A stretch of DNA of 63,260 nt, the filler included, from Welwitschia mirabilis (taxonomy: Eukaryota), in NCBI GenBank assembly GCA_051453625.1. It is 5 parts of one record of this genome, joined end to end, with 100 filler letters (N's around TTAATTAATTAA, not from the genome) between each part and the next. Parts side by side here need not be neighbours in the genome. Positions count along the whole stretch, not along the records: positions 62,073 to 63,260 come from JBOZIK010000001.1; 4 more parts are not named here. One strand, 5' to 3'. Below, one piece after another: positions 62,290 to 63,260 of this stretch. Under the pieces are notes generated by a model. That model was not told where the DNA came from and searched no databases. It saw only the letters and a program-made list of their open reading frames with translations. The translations under genes and the position numbers were made by a program. The stretch's first letter is position 1, and the number at the start of each line of letters is the position of its first letter.

Positions 62290-63260
62290 TACCAACTTAT
62301 GTGTATTTGATAGGGTATTTTGAGTTGTTTTACATATGAACTAATAGATAAATGGTTAGTCTCTATGACAATCAAGAATCAAGGAGCACAAGATGAAAAT
62401 ATATAGTTTATCAGATAATTCACAAGCATTTCATGTAGATAAAGATAAATTGTATTTTTGAATAACTATTCCTGCAAATAACAAAAGATCATACTAATTA
62501 AAGATGAAGAAAAGACTGTCATCTCCTTAGTCGTCCCCACGACAGTCAGGATGACAACTCCAATTGAGCGATAAAAAGACTTCTTTCCAGATAACTTTTA
62601 GATAAACTGAAGACTTCTGACCATCGTCCACCTGATCGTCCAGATGACACTAGTGGACGACATCTCGAGAACCAATTGACAACAGTTTGCATGCAGTTAG
62701 ACAAGGAGATAAACTGAAGCAGAACCAAAGTTATAATTATCTATCCTTGTCATTTCTTCCATCATCTGAATGACAGGCAAGACGACACTATTCTCTCACA
62801 CTTTTACTGAATGTTTTTCCTAGTTATCACCTCTTCTTTGCGACTTTATTTTGCATGTCAACTAGAGTTTTTCTTCTACTTCTCTGTCAGTTCCCTTTCC
62901 CTTTCTGTCTATAAATAAAGGTTTCCCTCTTAATCCCTAATCATCTTCAATAGCACCTGATATTCTCGTGATAAGAGATTTTGGAACCAAAGAACCATCT
63001 TGTAATCCAGAGAGACATTATCTTGGTGTTAGGCAGTGTATCCTCTATTGAGGAATGACTACTTTGTGATACAAATGTCTTTTTTACTTTTAAAATGAAT
63101 TATATTTTTTATCAATAATTGTAGGAACTTATCCCTTATAGTTTATGTTGTTTAAGATTTGTGACAGGTTTCTTTGATTATATAGATTATGAGAGCAGTC
63201 TTTGGCAAGATTGAGCTTGATTAGATTAGGTGCATCACTGTTTCTTTTCATAGATTAGTT
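62290..63260 (+). repeat. Athila-family LTR (runs off the window end)
   Basis: 63010-63070 is similar to 21808-21865 and to the reverse complement of 520-580; 63120-63260 is similar to 21925-22060; TATA-like CTATAAATAAAG at ~62909. Confidence 0.7.

Overview
AT-rich, TE-dense plant nuclear DNA from a draft assembly; no intact host gene is evident. Four identical 100-bp spacers (N44-TTAATTAATTAA-N44 at 13529, 28121, 38987, 61973) indicate five concatenated scaffolds, so adjacency across them is not biological. Scaffold A (1-13528): degenerate Athila-type Ty3/gypsy (minus) with a duplicated 3' LTR/UTR, then the 5' end of a Sirevirus. Scaffold B (13629-28120): Sirevirus 3' half with env-like ORF, a CACTA end, an Athila LTR fragment, and an L1-like LINE lacking RT but carrying an extra 3' ORF-like region. 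Scaffold C (28221-38986): Tat/Ogre gypsy whose 5' LTR holds an antisense NPH3 gene fragment. Scaffold D (39087-61972): Tork-like copia, Tat remnants, a gag-only copia derivative with a MITE, an intact 313-bp TRIM with TSD, MULE and SINE remnants, and a 1.2-kb same-strand mosaic of five host-gene fragments (RPA70B/D, ATP synthase g, TSC10, SAUR, intronless CHLG). Scaffold E: another Athila-family LTR. The most notable signal is repeated host-gene fragment capture associated with LTR-like, strand-asymmetric purine-rich sequence. All protein assignments come from my own translation and motif recognition, not from database searches.
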